This document shows, piece after piece, positions 18,061-28,392 of a stretch of 64,000 nt of DNA. Numbering within the stretch: position 1 is the first letter of the stretch; every line of letters starts with the position of its first letter. Below the pieces are notes generated by a model. It was not told the origin of the DNA. It saw nothing but the letters and a program-made list of their open reading frames with translations, and did no database searches. A program made the translations under genes and the position numbers. This DNA is from Escherichia virus TH55: sequence record MT446421.1; one strand, written 5' to 3'.

Positions 18061-18299
18061 TTGGTTTCCTTGATGATAATTACTTGTGCGTTTGATTTAC
18101 GTTCAGCAACGAGTGCCCAGATAAATGCAATAAACCACCCGACCATTGTCCAACCTAACAGGAGGTTAACAAAGAAGATTCCGCAATTACTTTTGGTTCC
18201 TCGCAGTAGCGCGATAATCCACGGCAGAAAATATGCCAGTGCAGCCAGGAAGAAAGAACCAGCACCAAGAACAACAGTACCTGCAATTAATGTTTCCAT
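18057..18299 (-). CDS. small inner-membrane protein, Imm-like (by position and size)
   Basis: 80 aa, two predicted TM helices, directly downstream of gene 43 as T4 imm. Confidence 0.45.
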   Translation of the reverse strand: METLIAGTVVLGAGSFFLAALAYFLPWIIALLRGTKSNCGIFFVNLLLGWTMVGWFIAFIWALVAERKSNAQVIIIKETK

Positions 18300-18339
18300 T
18301 TTAATATCCTTAATTTAATCATCAGTAGTTGATGGAGTA

Positions 18340-18368
18340 ATCATACGGCAATCCTTTGCCGTTGTAAA
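18340..18368 (-). promoter_or_regulatory. early-type promoter
   Basis: -35 TTTACA 18363-18368, 17 bp, -10 TATGAT 18340-18345; upstream of imm-like gene. Confidence 0.55.
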
Positions 18369-18371
18369 CAC

Positions 18372-21086
18372 TTAAAAGTCAAACATATCAAAAAGAGTTG
18401 CTTTCTTTTCGTAATCAACCTTTGCTGCTTCAGAGAACCCCGTTAACGGTTTGACAAAAGTCTTCTGGAACAGTGTGTTGTAGTCCATCCACTGCAGAAC
18501 CTGGTCACGAATTTCAATCGGGAGTTCAATCCCTGATGGCCATGCAATCACAGTTTCGCCAAACGGGTTACCAACTTTAAGAGGAAGCACATACACCTTT
18601 TCCCCTTCCATGATTTGTGGAACAGTCTTCAACCCTTTGGTTGCACGCATGTAAGCGAGCACGCCTTTGATATGAGCCGGACACTTAAATCCAGGGAAAC
18701 CACCCTCATTATATTTCTGGATGTTGTTAACCGATGATACACCTGCGATTGTCATGTAGTTAAGCTCATTAAATTCCTTATTGAATTCCTTGAAGTATGT
18801 CTGCAGAGATTCTTCACCTTCTTGCAGCATGCGACGGATACATTCTTTCAGGGCTTTCTGACATGCTTTTGGCGTACTCGACTTTTGAGTTTCCAGACCC
18901 ATGATTTTCAGTTTCGGAACAGCATATCGGGTGCCTTCCATATCGTACACGTTCAGAGCATAACGCTTCTTCGCCGTCCAGAATCCACCAACACCTTTAG
19001 AACCCAACGGAGGACATGCAATCGCTTCACGGTCCATAAACATAAGGTGCTGTTTGTTGTTCATGTATTCAGCCAGCTCACGGAAAGCTTTATCGATTGC
19101 TGGTTCCAGACGGTCTTTCGCAAACTTGTCCATGAAGTCAACCAGGTGGTTTGTATCGCGGAATTTAGATTCGCCACCAACCTTTTTAATCAGGTTATCG
19201 CACTGGATATAAATGGAGTCAGTATCGCCATAGAATACATATGTTTCACCACTTGTACCACAAACACTATCAAAATATTCGTTAACTTTACGCTCAATCC
19301 ACTGCAATGTAAGTTGTCCGAAAGATGTAATCGCGGTTGCATTTCGCAGGTCAAAGTAACGGAACCAGATATTACCCAGAGCGCCATAACAACTGTTGAT
19401 AAGCAGTTTACGGTTAATCTGTGCGGTCATGCCTGCAACTTCTTCCATCTGCGCTTTGTACAACATACCATTCAGAACTGTTTGATTCAGACCATGCAAG
19501 GTTGTTTTCATATTATCATCAAAGTCATAACGATAATCAACTTCAGGCTCGGTTGTACCAGTTCCTGGATTACGCAGGGCTTCCTTAATCAGTTCACCAT
19601 TACGTTGAGCCGCAAGCATATAACCTTTGTGCTCTTTACGCTGATTAAACACCTTGGTGACTTCTGTTGGAATAATACCCGCAACATCTTTAAAATACAT
19701 CATACCGTTTGGAGCACAACTAAATGTATCAGATGGACGGTCAGCAGTTCCTGCGATGTATTCGTACATTGGCGCTGGTGTAAATGACCCGGCAATCGTT
19801 TCTGGACTAATGTTAATCTGTCGGATGATGCTCGGATACAGAGATGTTAAGTCACAGCTCATAACGTATTTGTATGCGTTCGGAATCGGTTCCTTAACAA
19901 ATGCACCTGGGAACGATTGACGAACATGTGATTTGGTTTCCGGAATGACTTTATTTTGAGTCTTCAGGCTGTTAAAGATAATCGCATCCCAAGTTTTGAT
20001 TGGGCTGAATACAGACTGAATCTGCATTTTTGCATAATAACCCATTGACTGGCTAAGGTTAATAAACTGACGCTTACGGTCAATCTGTACAACACGATAA
20101 ACATCGATGATGTTATAAGAAATATACCGTTGGTGATTTGATTCGCGCAGTTTAGAAATCGGGCCATCATACGGGAGTTTACCAACACCCAGCTCAGATT
20201 CCGCAACATAATCCAACGAATAAGACGGTTGGTTTGTGAAGCTGAACTTTTTATACAGGTCCAGATAATCCAGAACAGAGATACCCAGAATCTGAACGAT
20301 TTCTTGTTCTTCACCGAAACCGTTGTTAATGACCTTAACTTTTGTACGACGATGTGGACTCAAACGTTTTGCCGTAGCTTCACCAAATACATTTTTAAGG
20401 CGGTTGTAGATATATGGAATATCAAACTTCTCGATGTTCCAACCAGTTAACATAACCGGAGTTTTCTCGTTCCAGAATACCAAATACTGTTGGAGCATTT
20501 CTTCTTCTGAATCGAAAGCCATATAAACAATTTTTTCCAGGATTTCTTCAGGGACTTCATCACCGCCATCTTCTTGCAGCTTAGCAGCAATATCGATAGA
20601 CCATTGCTCCACAGTGGCGTATGGTGAGCCCAAAAGGTCAAAGACATAGAATTTATCGTCTATCGAATCATAGTGCGTCAGGGCATCAATAGGGTGACGT
20701 GCTTCAGACGGCTCAGGGAACCCATCAGGAGATGTCACCTCGATATCGAAGTTAGCCACACGGATTTTACTTGAATCGTATTTGATTTCGTGCGGGTAAC
20801 GGTCGGACAAGTATGCGAGTTTAAAGTCATCCATACCCATAGCTTCGAGACCCATGTCATTCATTCGCTTCATCCACTGGGATGCATCACGCATGGAATC
20901 GAATTCTTTTTTCACGCAACCTTTATTATAGATGTCTGTATATTTTGCAGCTTGGTCTTCGCGGGCATGCATAAACAGGCATGGGGCATAGGGGATTTCA
21001 CGAACACGTTCATGACCATTCTTGTCAATGTATCGTTCGAGTAGGTTGTCACCGATTTGTTCGATAGTTAAATAAAATTCTTGCAT
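18372..21086 (-). CDS. 43: DNA polymerase gp43 (family B)
   Basis: 904 aa; colinear with recalled T4 gp43 including exonuclease and YGDTDS polymerase motifs. Confidence 0.95.
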   Translation of the reverse strand: MQEFYLTIEQIGDNLLERYIDKNGHERVREIPYAPCLFMHAREDQAAKYTDIYNKGCVKKEFDSMRDASQWMKRMNDMGLEAMGMDDFKLAYLSDRYPHEIKYDSSKIRVANFDIEVTSPDGFPEPSEARHPIDALTHYDSIDDKFYVFDLLGSPYATVEQWSIDIAAKLQEDGGDEVPEEILEKIVYMAFDSEEEMLQQYLVFWNEKTPVMLTGWNIEKFDIPYIYNRLKNVFGEATAKRLSPHRRTKVKVINNGFGEEQEIVQILGISVLDYLDLYKKFSFTNQPSYSLDYVAESELGVGKLPYDGPISKLRESNHQRYISYNIIDVYRVVQIDRKRQFINLSQSMGYYAKMQIQSVFSPIKTWDAIIFNSLKTQNKVIPETKSHVRQSFPGAFVKEPIPNAYKYVMSCDLTSLYPSIIRQINISPETIAGSFTPAPMYEYIAGTADRPSDTFSCAPNGMMYFKDVAGIIPTEVTKVFNQRKEHKGYMLAAQRNGELIKEALRNPGTGTTEPEVDYRYDFDDNMKTTLHGLNQTVLNGMLYKAQMEEVAGMTAQINRKLLINSCYGALGNIWFRYFDLRNATAITSFGQLTLQWIERKVNEYFDSVCGTSGETYVFYGDTDSIYIQCDNLIKKVGGESKFRDTNHLVDFMDKFAKDRLEPAIDKAFRELAEYMNNKQHLMFMDREAIACPPLGSKGVGGFWTAKKRYALNVYDMEGTRYAVPKLKIMGLETQKSSTPKACQKALKECIRRMLQEGEESLQTYFKEFNKEFNELNYMTIAGVSSVNNIQKYNEGGFPGFKCPAHIKGVLAYMRATKGLKTVPQIMEGEKVYVLPLKVGNPFGETVIAWPSGIELPIEIRDQVLQWMDYNTLFQKTFVKPLTGFSEAAKVDYEKKATLFDMFDF

Positions 21087-21150
21087 TTGGTTTCCTTTAT
21101 AGTCGAGTGATTGACTTTTGTTTATGACTTGATGTTATTATACTACAAAA

Positions 21151-21164
21151 GGGACCGAAGTCCC
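21151..21164 (-). terminator. rho-independent terminator after regA
   Basis: GGGAC-TTCG-GTCCC hairpin then TTTTGT. Confidence 0.65.
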
Positions 21165-21175
21165 TTTGCTTTAAA

Positions 21176-21544
21176 TTAATTGCCAATTGTGTATTTGGCT
21201 ACGAGCTTCCAGTCGTCTTTTTGTTTAAAGGAGATAACACGGAAGTTGTTTGTTACTGCAAACAATTCATTATGCTCTTCTTCTTTGATAGTGATTAAGC
21301 CCCAGTCTTCGAGCAGTTGAGCGATGGAATCACGGCGCTGATAGTCTTCACCATCAATATCCACCTGGCGGCCATCCATGCGCAGCATTTCTTTGAAGTG
21401 AACAATATAGTAACGGCCTTGCTTTTGGAGGATGTGACAGCTCTGGTAAAGTACACGGTCTTTATTATTTGCGATGCCCATACGGGTCAGAGTTTCTTTA
21501 ACTTTCAGGAAGTCTTCAGGTTGCTTTAATGTAATTTCAATCAT
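21176..21544 (-). CDS. regA: translational repressor RegA
   Basis: 122 aa; near-identical to recalled T4 RegA. Confidence 0.9.
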   Translation of the reverse strand: MIEITLKQPEDFLKVKETLTRMGIANNKDRVLYQSCHILQKQGRYYIVHFKEMLRMDGRQVDIDGEDYQRRDSIAQLLEDWGLITIKEEEHNELFAVTNNFRVISFKQKDDWKLVAKYTIGN

Positions 21545-21545
21545 T

Positions 21546-22124
21546 TTACCATTCCAATATTTGTTTTTTAATTTCTTTTTGTTCTTTCACATTACTGGTA
21601 ACGGTCTTTAAGAATTCATCCGTCACCAGACCTTTTGTCTTTTTCAAAACATCTTTAAGACTACCTTTGACTTTCAATGTTTCCATATACATCAAAGCAT
21701 CATCTGCATTAATTGTATAATATTTCATTAAAAGCTTTAACACAAGCTGGACGCTGACTACATCCGGCTCAGCCTTAGCCCATTTGCCATAACGCTTGCC
21801 TTGTGGAACCGCATGCAGCAAATAATTATAATGCTGTTGGTCTGTTAACCCGGAACCGATTAAGTTCATCACGTTCACCTGCATGATGCAATCGACATGT
21901 TGGCTCAATGCGTTTTCTAACCAGAATTTATTGTAGTTTTCCGATTGAATCAGGTTTCGTGGTTTTTTACTAACGGTTATGTCATTAAGAATCGCGAACA
22001 ATTCATTTTCTGCTTTCTCTTTGTATGAATCGGACAATTCCTGAATTTTGTTAAAGTCGCGTGATTTCCACGCAACCTCATGTTCGTTTAATTGAACGTC
22101 ATCATCAAAGAGACTTACAGCCAT
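21546..22124 (-). CDS. 62: clamp loader small subunit gp62
   Basis: 192 aa; colinear with recalled T4 gp62. Confidence 0.85.
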   Translation of the reverse strand: MAVSLFDDDVQLNEHEVAWKSRDFNKIQELSDSYKEKAENELFAILNDITVSKKPRNLIQSENYNKFWLENALSQHVDCIMQVNVMNLIGSGLTDQQHYNYLLHAVPQGKRYGKWAKAEPDVVSVQLVLKLLMKYYTINADDALMYMETLKVKGSLKDVLKKTKGLVTDEFLKTVTSNVKEQKEIKKQILEW

Positions 22125-23074
22125 TTCATTTCCCCAGCCAGTTGAGCAAACAGATAAGTCAAGTGAACTTCGGTATTGGCTGCAATGCCATGGTACTGAT
22201 TATTCTCACCCACAATCTCATACATACGGATGATGCTTGCACCAGTCAGTTTGCCATACATTTCATCAGCCAGCTTTGCAATGAAGCTTGAATAATCATT
22301 TGCATGCTTAGGAGCCAGGCCACGGAGAACTTTAAAGTTACGGTCTTTAAGGGCATCAATCACATCATCAATTGGTGTGCGATTGTTTGTCACGATGCTT
22401 AGAATACCAGAATCGATAACACCCTTTGCGGAGTAACGGTCAAGCTCATTAATTGTCTTACGCAGGTCCGGGAAATTATGCTTAACCAGAGCAGCAACAA
22501 CTTTCAGGTCTTCGATTTCAACGCCTTCGTTTTTACATATCGCGACTGCACGATGAATCATCTCTTTCATCATAGTGGTCTGGTCAGCTGGAGTTGCTTC
22601 ACCAAACTTAATTACGCGACAACGAGACTGCAGCGGAGTGATGATGCCATCGATATTGTTCGCGGTCATAATGATTGAACAGTTGCTCGAATAAGCTTCC
22701 ATAAAGCTACGAAGGTGTCGTTGTGATTCAGCCAGACCCGCGCGGTCGAACTCATCGATAACGATTACCTTGCGGCGACCTTCGATTGATTTAGATGATG
22801 CAAAGCGAGTCAATTCATTACGCACAAAGTCAATTCGGCAATCGGAGCCGTTAACAAACAGCATATCGGAATTTGTATCCGCACACATAGCTTTCGCAAC
22901 TGTTGTCTTACCAGTACCAGGGGAACTACTGACCAGAATCAAGTTGGGAATCAAACCTTTTTTAACAATCGCCTCTAATGTTTCTTTATCATGAGCCGGA
23001 AGAATACACTCTGATAATGTACCTGGGCGGTATTTTTGTTCCCACATGAATTCTTTGTCATTAACCGTTAACAT
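22115..23074 (-). CDS. 44: clamp loader ATPase gp44 (AAA+)
   Basis: 319 aa; Walker A SPGTGKTT, Walker B VIVIDEFD. Confidence 0.9.
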   Translation of the reverse strand: MLTVNDKEFMWEQKYRPGTLSECILPAHDKETLEAIVKKGLIPNLILVSSSPGTGKTTVAKAMCADTNSDMLFVNGSDCRIDFVRNELTRFASSKSIEGRRKVIVIDEFDRAGLAESQRHLRSFMEAYSSNCSIIMTANNIDGIITPLQSRCRVIKFGEATPADQTTMMKEMIHRAVAICKNEGVEIEDLKVVAALVKHNFPDLRKTINELDRYSAKGVIDSGILSIVTNNRTPIDDVIDALKDRNFKVLRGLAPKHANDYSSFIAKLADEMYGKLTGASIIRMYEIVGENNQYHGIAANTEVHLTYLFAQLAGEMKWL

Positions 23075-23130
23075 ATATTTTCCTCATATTAGTTTCTACT
23101 TTGTACTCCATGGGGCCGAAGCCCCATTTA

Positions 23131-23826
23131 TTAATCTTGGAATTCGTGGCTAGAGCCTTGTTCCATTGCAATCACATAGCTTGCTTGTGTGCCTTCAAAC
23201 TTCGTAGCAAATTTATCATCTTTCGCCCAAAGCATAACACGGTAATCGGCCGGAATCATTTTCATGTTCAGTTTGTTAATGATAAATTTAAACGCTGCAT
23301 CACCTTCGTAGTCGCCGCACACCAGGGAATACAATGGACGCGCTAACTCTTTATCTTCGAGCTGATTATAACCATGGATAACAATCTTACCGTCTTTGTT
23401 GGTGATTGCAAAAGTATCCAGAGACAAACCACCAGCCACACGCAGAAGCTGCTGCAGGTCACTACCTTTCAGGTCGAAGATAACCTTAGCTACCGGGAAA
23501 GGAATCTTCTTAGCAGGGAACACGATAGTGCTCGGGTCTGCTGCAGGCCAGTGAATCGTTGAACGTTGGTCTTTGATAATGATGTTTGATGCGTCTTCAG
23601 CCAGAGATACTTCAGCTTGGTCAGTTACCAGGCTAAGAATACTTAAGAAGCCGTTCAAGTCATAAATTGCAGCTTCAAAGTCAATTGTATCATTGATTTC
23701 GGCTTCGCCGTATGACGCTCCAGTTACGGAACGAGTCAGGATGGTATTACCTGGCTTAAGCATAATGCCAGAGTAAATGGAAGTGAAGTTTTTCAGAACT
23801 GTGATAGTGTCTTTAGAGAATTTCAT
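23131..23826 (-). CDS. 45: sliding clamp gp45
   Basis: 231 aa; colinear with recalled T4 gp45. Confidence 0.9.
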   Translation of the reverse strand: MKFSKDTITVLKNFTSIYSGIMLKPGNTILTRSVTGASYGEAEINDTIDFEAAIYDLNGFLSILSLVTDQAEVSLAEDASNIIIKDQRSTIHWPAADPSTIVFPAKKIPFPVAKVIFDLKGSDLQQLLRVAGGLSLDTFAITNKDGKIVIHGYNQLEDKELARPLYSLVCGDYEGDAAFKFIINKLNMKMIPADYRVMLWAKDDKFATKFEGTQASYVIAMEQGSSHEFQD

Positions 23827-23856
23827 TTAATTACCTTTTATTCAAATCAAAATTAA

Positions 23857-24288
23857 TTAAGCAACAACTGCCATTTGTTTGCGGATAGCTTCCGGAAGAG
23901 ATTCAATATACTCTGGAAGTTGCGCAGCAATAATAGAACCAGCTTGCACCAGATGGTCGTCAGAATTAACACAATAATCATCTTCAAGACGTTCGGAACC
24001 GTCACGGTCGATAACCAGTTTAGCACCAGCAGCCAGTGAATCGTTGTAGTGATTACGCATCAGTTCAATCCACTTATCAGATACATCAGTATCAATCACA
24101 CCGTACAGCATGAATTTAATTTCTTGCGGCAGAGACTGCAGACGGGTAGCAGATGCTTCATCACAGGCCAGAACCCAGGATTTGCGCACACGGTTTTGGT
24201 TATGTGGGTTAGCGTCGGTGCGGATGGTTTTAACTTGGATATCTTTAGCAGTTACGTTGTTCATAATATTCTCTCTATTCATTATCAA
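23857..24288 (-). CDS. rpbA: RNA polymerase-binding protein RpbA-like (positional)
   Basis: ORF between 45 and 46 as T4 rpbA; TTG-initiated in track, true start probably ATG at 24282 or 24264. Confidence 0.5.
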   Translation of the reverse strand: MIMNRENIMNNVTAKDIQVKTIRTDANPHNQNRVRKSWVLACDEASATRLQSLPQEIKFMLYGVIDTDVSDKWIELMRNHYNDSLAAGAKLVIDRDGSERLEDDYCVNSDDHLVQAGSIIAAQLPEYIESLPEAIRKQMAVVA

Positions 24289-24540
24289 TTAATCAAAGTA
24301 TTCATATGCGAACCAGGCATTGTGTCTGTTCGCGATTATTTTAACATATTCTTCACCGAAAGCGTTTTGCAAGTCACGTTCAGTGACAAGGTGTTCATCT
24401 TTCGAAAAGGTATTAACTAACACATACCGTTTAATTTCAGGGACAGCCAGTAAATGCTGCCCGGTTAAGAAGTCAGCCATAATAGCCTCTATTATAACAT
24501 CCTTGTTTAAAGCATTATTCCATAACAGTGAATCGACCAA
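24289..24540 (-). CDS. hypothetical protein (45.2 position)
   Basis: 83-aa ORF; 5' end overlaps gene 46 by 26 nt, start uncertain. Confidence 0.45.
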   Translation of the reverse strand: MVDSLLWNNALNKDVIIEAIMADFLTGQHLLAVPEIKRYVLVNTFSKDEHLVTERDLQNAFGEEYVKIIANRHNAWFAYEYFD

Positions 24541-26197
24541 CTTTTTTCATCTGGAGATGTTGCCCGTATGCTTCCGGGTCATGGTCTCGGTGGCTGATGA
24601 TAAAGATGTTGGTGTCTTCCAATTTGTTCAGGATGGTAGCAATTGCTTTAACACCCTCTACGTCAGTGGCCGAGTCAAAAACTTCATCCAGAATCAATGT
24701 GTTAATATTAACACCAGATACTTTCGCAGCAATATCGCGCCATGTAAACAGCAATGCAATATCTATACGAGCTTTTTCACCCTGGCTAAATGATGCATAA
24801 CTAAAGTCTTCACGACCACGAGATTTAATCGTTTCGTTGAACTCTTCATCTAACGTAAAGCTATAATCAGCTTCCATAACTTTAAGATAAGCGTTTATCT
24901 GCTTATTAAAGATAGGAATATATTTCTTAATAATCGCGCCCTTAATACCAGAATCTTTCAGCATATCCGTTAGGATACCACGTTGATATTTTTCCATCAC
25001 AAGGTCGGATTTCTGTTTGACTATTTTATCAAGCTGGTCTTGAAGCATTTTAATGTCTGCTGCATGGTCAATAAATTCTGACTTAGCTTGCTCGATTAAT
25101 GCTTTAACCTTTTTAGCTTTTTCGACAGTCTGGACTAAGGTTTGTTTCTTAGTTTGAATGTCTTGAGCTATTGTACGCTGGTTTTGTCTTGCCTTGGTAT
25201 ACGCATCAAATTGCTCTTGAACAGCATTCTGGCGAGCTTTATGCTTATCAGCTGATGCATTACATTCTTCAATCTTTGACTCAATCCTGGCGACAATAGG
25301 GTCTCCTGGATGCAACTGACTGGCACAAGTCTGACAACAACCGCCCTTCTCGTACAGACCAACAACCTTTCGGTAATCGTCAATCTTCGATTTAATCAGG
25401 AATGATTCCTGCTTTAACTTTGTGAGTTCGTGCTCGGGGTCTTCTCCCAAAATTATCTCGGTCAGTCTTGTTGTTGCTTCTTCGATAGTTGCCTTGATTC
25501 CACGTGCTTCTGTAGCAAGTTCATCATACATCGTTTGCAGCCGCAACAGATTATCACCTGACAATTTTCTTTGACGGTCTTCGTTGTCCTGATAGATTTT
25601 AATCTGTTGAACGATACCATCATGCTGCACATCCATTACCTGGATTTGACTATTGACTTCGCGGATAAGAGATTTGTTCAGCTTATCCATATCGGCCAGT
25701 ACAGAAACCTCTAACAGGTCTTCGACGAGTTTTCTTCTTGCAGGAGTGGATAGGCCCATAAAAGGGGTATATCCAGCTGTGCCGAGTACGACAATTTGTT
25801 TGAAGCTTGCGTAGGACATTCCGATAAGCTGTTCAAATTCCGCTTGGAAGTCTTTACTGCTGGCAGATTCATCAAGACGTTTACCGCCACAAGAGATTTC
25901 AAAAACATTGGGTTTTTGCCCGCGTTTGATATAGTATTCTTTTCCATCATATTCCATCCACAATTCAACGAGCATATCTTTTTTGTTGCTCGAGTTAATC
26001 AGCTGACCTTTCTTTACATCACGGAAAGGCTTACCGAACATAGCAAAGGTAACCGCTTCAAGGAACGTAGATTTACCTGCGCCATTCTTGCCAGTTACAA
26101 GAGTTTTCTGGACTTTATCCAGTTCAACAGTAATCGGTTGAGCACCAACCGACATAATATTTTTATAGATAACTTTCTTAAGCTTAAAAGTCTTCAC
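24515..26197 (-). CDS. 46: recombination nuclease subunit gp46 (Rad50/SbcC-like)
   Basis: 560 aa; Walker A GKNGAGKST, coiled-coil, CxxC hook, C-terminal signature/D-loop. Confidence 0.9.
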   Translation of the reverse strand: MKTFKLKKVIYKNIMSVGAQPITVELDKVQKTLVTGKNGAGKSTFLEAVTFAMFGKPFRDVKKGQLINSSNKKDMLVELWMEYDGKEYYIKRGQKPNVFEISCGGKRLDESASSKDFQAEFEQLIGMSYASFKQIVVLGTAGYTPFMGLSTPARRKLVEDLLEVSVLADMDKLNKSLIREVNSQIQVMDVQHDGIVQQIKIYQDNEDRQRKLSGDNLLRLQTMYDELATEARGIKATIEEATTRLTEIILGEDPEHELTKLKQESFLIKSKIDDYRKVVGLYEKGGCCQTCASQLHPGDPIVARIESKIEECNASADKHKARQNAVQEQFDAYTKARQNQRTIAQDIQTKKQTLVQTVEKAKKVKALIEQAKSEFIDHAADIKMLQDQLDKIVKQKSDLVMEKYQRGILTDMLKDSGIKGAIIKKYIPIFNKQINAYLKVMEADYSFTLDEEFNETIKSRGREDFSYASFSQGEKARIDIALLFTWRDIAAKVSGVNINTLILDEVFDSATDVEGVKAIATILNKLEDTNIFIISHRDHDPEAYGQHLQMKKVGRFTVME

Positions 26198-26412
26198 AAA
26201 AGATTCCTTTTAATGTATCTTTTAGACCATTCTATCATATCATCATAATCTAAAAAGCATTCATCAAATTCAGCCATGCAAACCACTCCCTGCGCCGTTT
26301 TTGATGTGATATAAATTATTCCGACATATCTAGAATCTTCTTCGGTATAATCAATATTTGCTACAAATTCATCATCAAGATTAAATTCAAAAGTCTTCAT
26401 CGTAATAAGCAT
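26194..26412 (-). CDS. hypothetical protein
   Basis: 72-aa acidic ORF. Confidence 0.45.
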   Translation of the reverse strand: MLITMKTFEFNLDDEFVANIDYTEEDSRYVGIIYITSKTAQGVVCMAEFDECFLDYDDMIEWSKRYIKRNLL

Positions 26413-26650
26413 CCTTGATGCATGATTCAGCCATATGAATTAATGTCTCTGGAGTATCATCTTCCATTACATTAAAACTAAATTCTACGGCCCAATCGGT
26501 GACTACATAGACTTTGATAAGTTGACCGGTTTCCCGGTCAGTGATAGCTTCAAACCAATACTTAATAGTATTCGGTTGATTATCGTCGTCAACCACATCA
26601 CATTCGCGGATATGTTCAAGCCCCGCTTCATTAAAATCATAAAGTCTCAC
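26387..26650 (-). CDS. hypothetical protein
   Basis: 87-aa acidic ORF. Confidence 0.45.
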   Translation of the reverse strand: MRLYDFNEAGLEHIRECDVVDDDNQPNTIKYWFEAITDRETGQLIKVYVVTDWAVEFSFNVMEDDTPETLIHMAESCIKDAYYDEDF

Positions 26651-27666
26651 GGTTGCACCTCAAGATATAATTTGTTGGCCAATGCTTTAAGAGCTTTTGA
26701 TTCTTTCTCATTGGTGTCAGGTAATGCATCAATATATTCTGCCATCATATCAGTTAAGCGTTTTATGTCTAACTCTTCTTCGGAGTCAGTCGTATCAACA
26801 CTGTTATCAACCTTATTGACAACACGCAATTCATGTACACGCTTTTCTAATTCAGATTCGAACTTGGTCAGGTCTTTATCGACTTTTTCTACAATAACAC
26901 GGACTGATAAGTCTTTGAAGTCGTCGTAGTTAATAGTTTCGTTTGGATAGAAAATCTTCCGATGCCAAGTGGTTTCATTCGGAATAAATTTCATCTCTTC
27001 GGTTTCTGTATCAAATTCCCAGAATCCGCGCGGGTCATTCTCATCACCTGCTGTTAATGTCCATGGCGTTCCTATGTACTTAACGTTCGCAGCTTCCGAA
27101 ATGGTATGGAAGTGCCCAGACCAAACTTGCTTGTACTTCTTAAGGAAATCAGGCTCAAGCCCGTGGGATTTCAATCCTTTATAGAAATAAAACCCGGTTA
27201 ATTCCCAGTGACCGATGCAATATTCGGCACCAGAAGTTTTGATGTGTTGATGAATGTCAGTCGCGTTCTCGTCACACATCCATGGAATCATATCAATCTG
27301 ACAACCGTCAAAATCAACAGTCGTTGGCTTGTCGTAGATTTTAACATGGTCATACTTATTCAGGAGTTCGGTGATAGCATTAGGATGAATCTTATTCTTC
27401 AGATTCATGTCATGGTTCCCGACTATCGTGTGCATAGTAATTCCTGCTTCACGAAGGAGTTCCATAATCTCGCGGCTGAATTCCATTGTCTTATGCGTTA
27501 CAGCCTTACGGACGTCAAAAATATCACCATATTGAATCCAGACTTTAATTCCATTTGCTTTGGAATATGCAATCGCCTGTAAAATACCATCACGTTGAAT
27601 GTTTTGAGCCCATGGGTCGTCAGCTTTGACACCCAAGTGCCAATCACCTAAATTTAAAATTTTCAT
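26647..27666 (-). CDS. 47: recombination nuclease subunit gp47 (Mre11/SbcD-like)
   Basis: Trimmed to ATG 27664-27666 (MKILNLGDWHLG); phosphoesterase motifs GDxxD, GNHD. Confidence 0.9.
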   Translation of the reverse strand: MKILNLGDWHLGVKADDPWAQNIQRDGILQAIAYSKANGIKVWIQYGDIFDVRKAVTHKTMEFSREIMELLREAGITMHTIVGNHDMNLKNKIHPNAITELLNKYDHVKIYDKPTTVDFDGCQIDMIPWMCDENATDIHQHIKTSGAEYCIGHWELTGFYFYKGLKSHGLEPDFLKKYKQVWSGHFHTISEAANVKYIGTPWTLTAGDENDPRGFWEFDTETEEMKFIPNETTWHRKIFYPNETINYDDFKDLSVRVIVEKVDKDLTKFESELEKRVHELRVVNKVDNSVDTTDSEEELDIKRLTDMMAEYIDALPDTNEKESKALKALANKLYLEVQP

Positions 27667-27806
27667 AAGCCAAGCGCCGTTATCGCAGTGCAAAATAAAA
27701 TTATTGAAATGAACCCGTCAGGAGTAGAAAAGAATCCTATCCAACAAGCTCGTGTGAATGTGTAGAATGCCATGAATAACACAACATATCCTAAAAATAA
27801 TTCCAT
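27663..27806 (-). CDS. small membrane protein (47 aa)
   Basis: Not in ORF track; GAGGAG SD; stop overlaps gp47 ATG (ATGA). Confidence 0.4.
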   Translation of the reverse strand: MELFLGYVVLFMAFYTFTRACWIGFFSTPDGFISIILFCTAITALGL

Positions 27807-27855
27807 ATAATCTCCTCAGTTGGTTCATTTTATCATCCCGAATATAAAGCAAAAA

Positions 27856-27872
27856 GGAAGCACTAGGCTTCC
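27856..27872 (-). terminator. terminator-like hairpin
   Basis: GGAAGC-loop-GCTTCC followed by TTTTT on minus strand. Confidence 0.5.
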
Positions 27873-28036
27873 TTTCCAATTAATACACCATACAGAGGTT
27901 CGCGATTAGACTTGAACTTGATTTTCTTATGGGTAATAGTACCTTCATTTTCTGCTTTAATACGAGCGGCTTCAAATTGAAGTATCATCTCATTTTTATC
28001 AGATTTAATCTTATCAAAATCCGTCGAATTCGTCAT
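27863..28036 (-). CDS. small protein (57 aa)
   Basis: Not in ORF track; GAGGT SD; stop lies in loop of terminator hairpin. Confidence 0.3.
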   Translation of the reverse strand: MTNSTDFDKIKSDKNEMILQFEAARIKAENEGTITHKKIKFKSNREPLYGVLIGKEA

Positions 28037-28191
28037 TCATATGACCTCTTAAAAATCAGGATGTTCGTCTTGAAATATATTACCCAATCGTTTTAATTCG
28101 TCGGAAGTAAGAATATTTACATCATCAATAGTCATAATACACCTCTTAAACTTTTTCGTATTCGTCATTCATTAACCGGCAGTCCATGTTA

Positions 28192-28392
28192 TCATCGTTG
28201 CCACCACTTCTTAAGTTGATGTGAATCCACCCAAACCTTGGCTACAGGCTCAATCCGAAAAATTTCATCGGAATACTGCCCAACCATTTTATATTCGGTT
28301 TCAGTCTGCTTGATACAGATATTACCATATGAGCGAAGTCTGAAAGCGGCTCCAACAAGAAGCCGTTTAAAAGGTTTATTTACTAATGCCAT
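28192..28392 (-). CDS. hypothetical basic protein
   Basis: 66-aa ORF. Confidence 0.4.
   Translation of the reverse strand: MALVNKPFKRLLVGAAFRLRSYGNICIKQTETEYKMVGQYSDEIFRIEPVAKVWVDSHQLKKWWQR

Noticed and set aside
18822-19787. 321-aa plus-strand ORF
   Set aside because: Lies entirely antisense within DNA polymerase gp43; Cys/His-rich low-complexity translation typical of an antisense artefact, no SD.
23085-23110. Early promoter upstream of gene 44
   Set aside because: A TGTACT-like element is present but no acceptable -10 at 16-18 bp; gene 44 is probably co-transcribed with 45.
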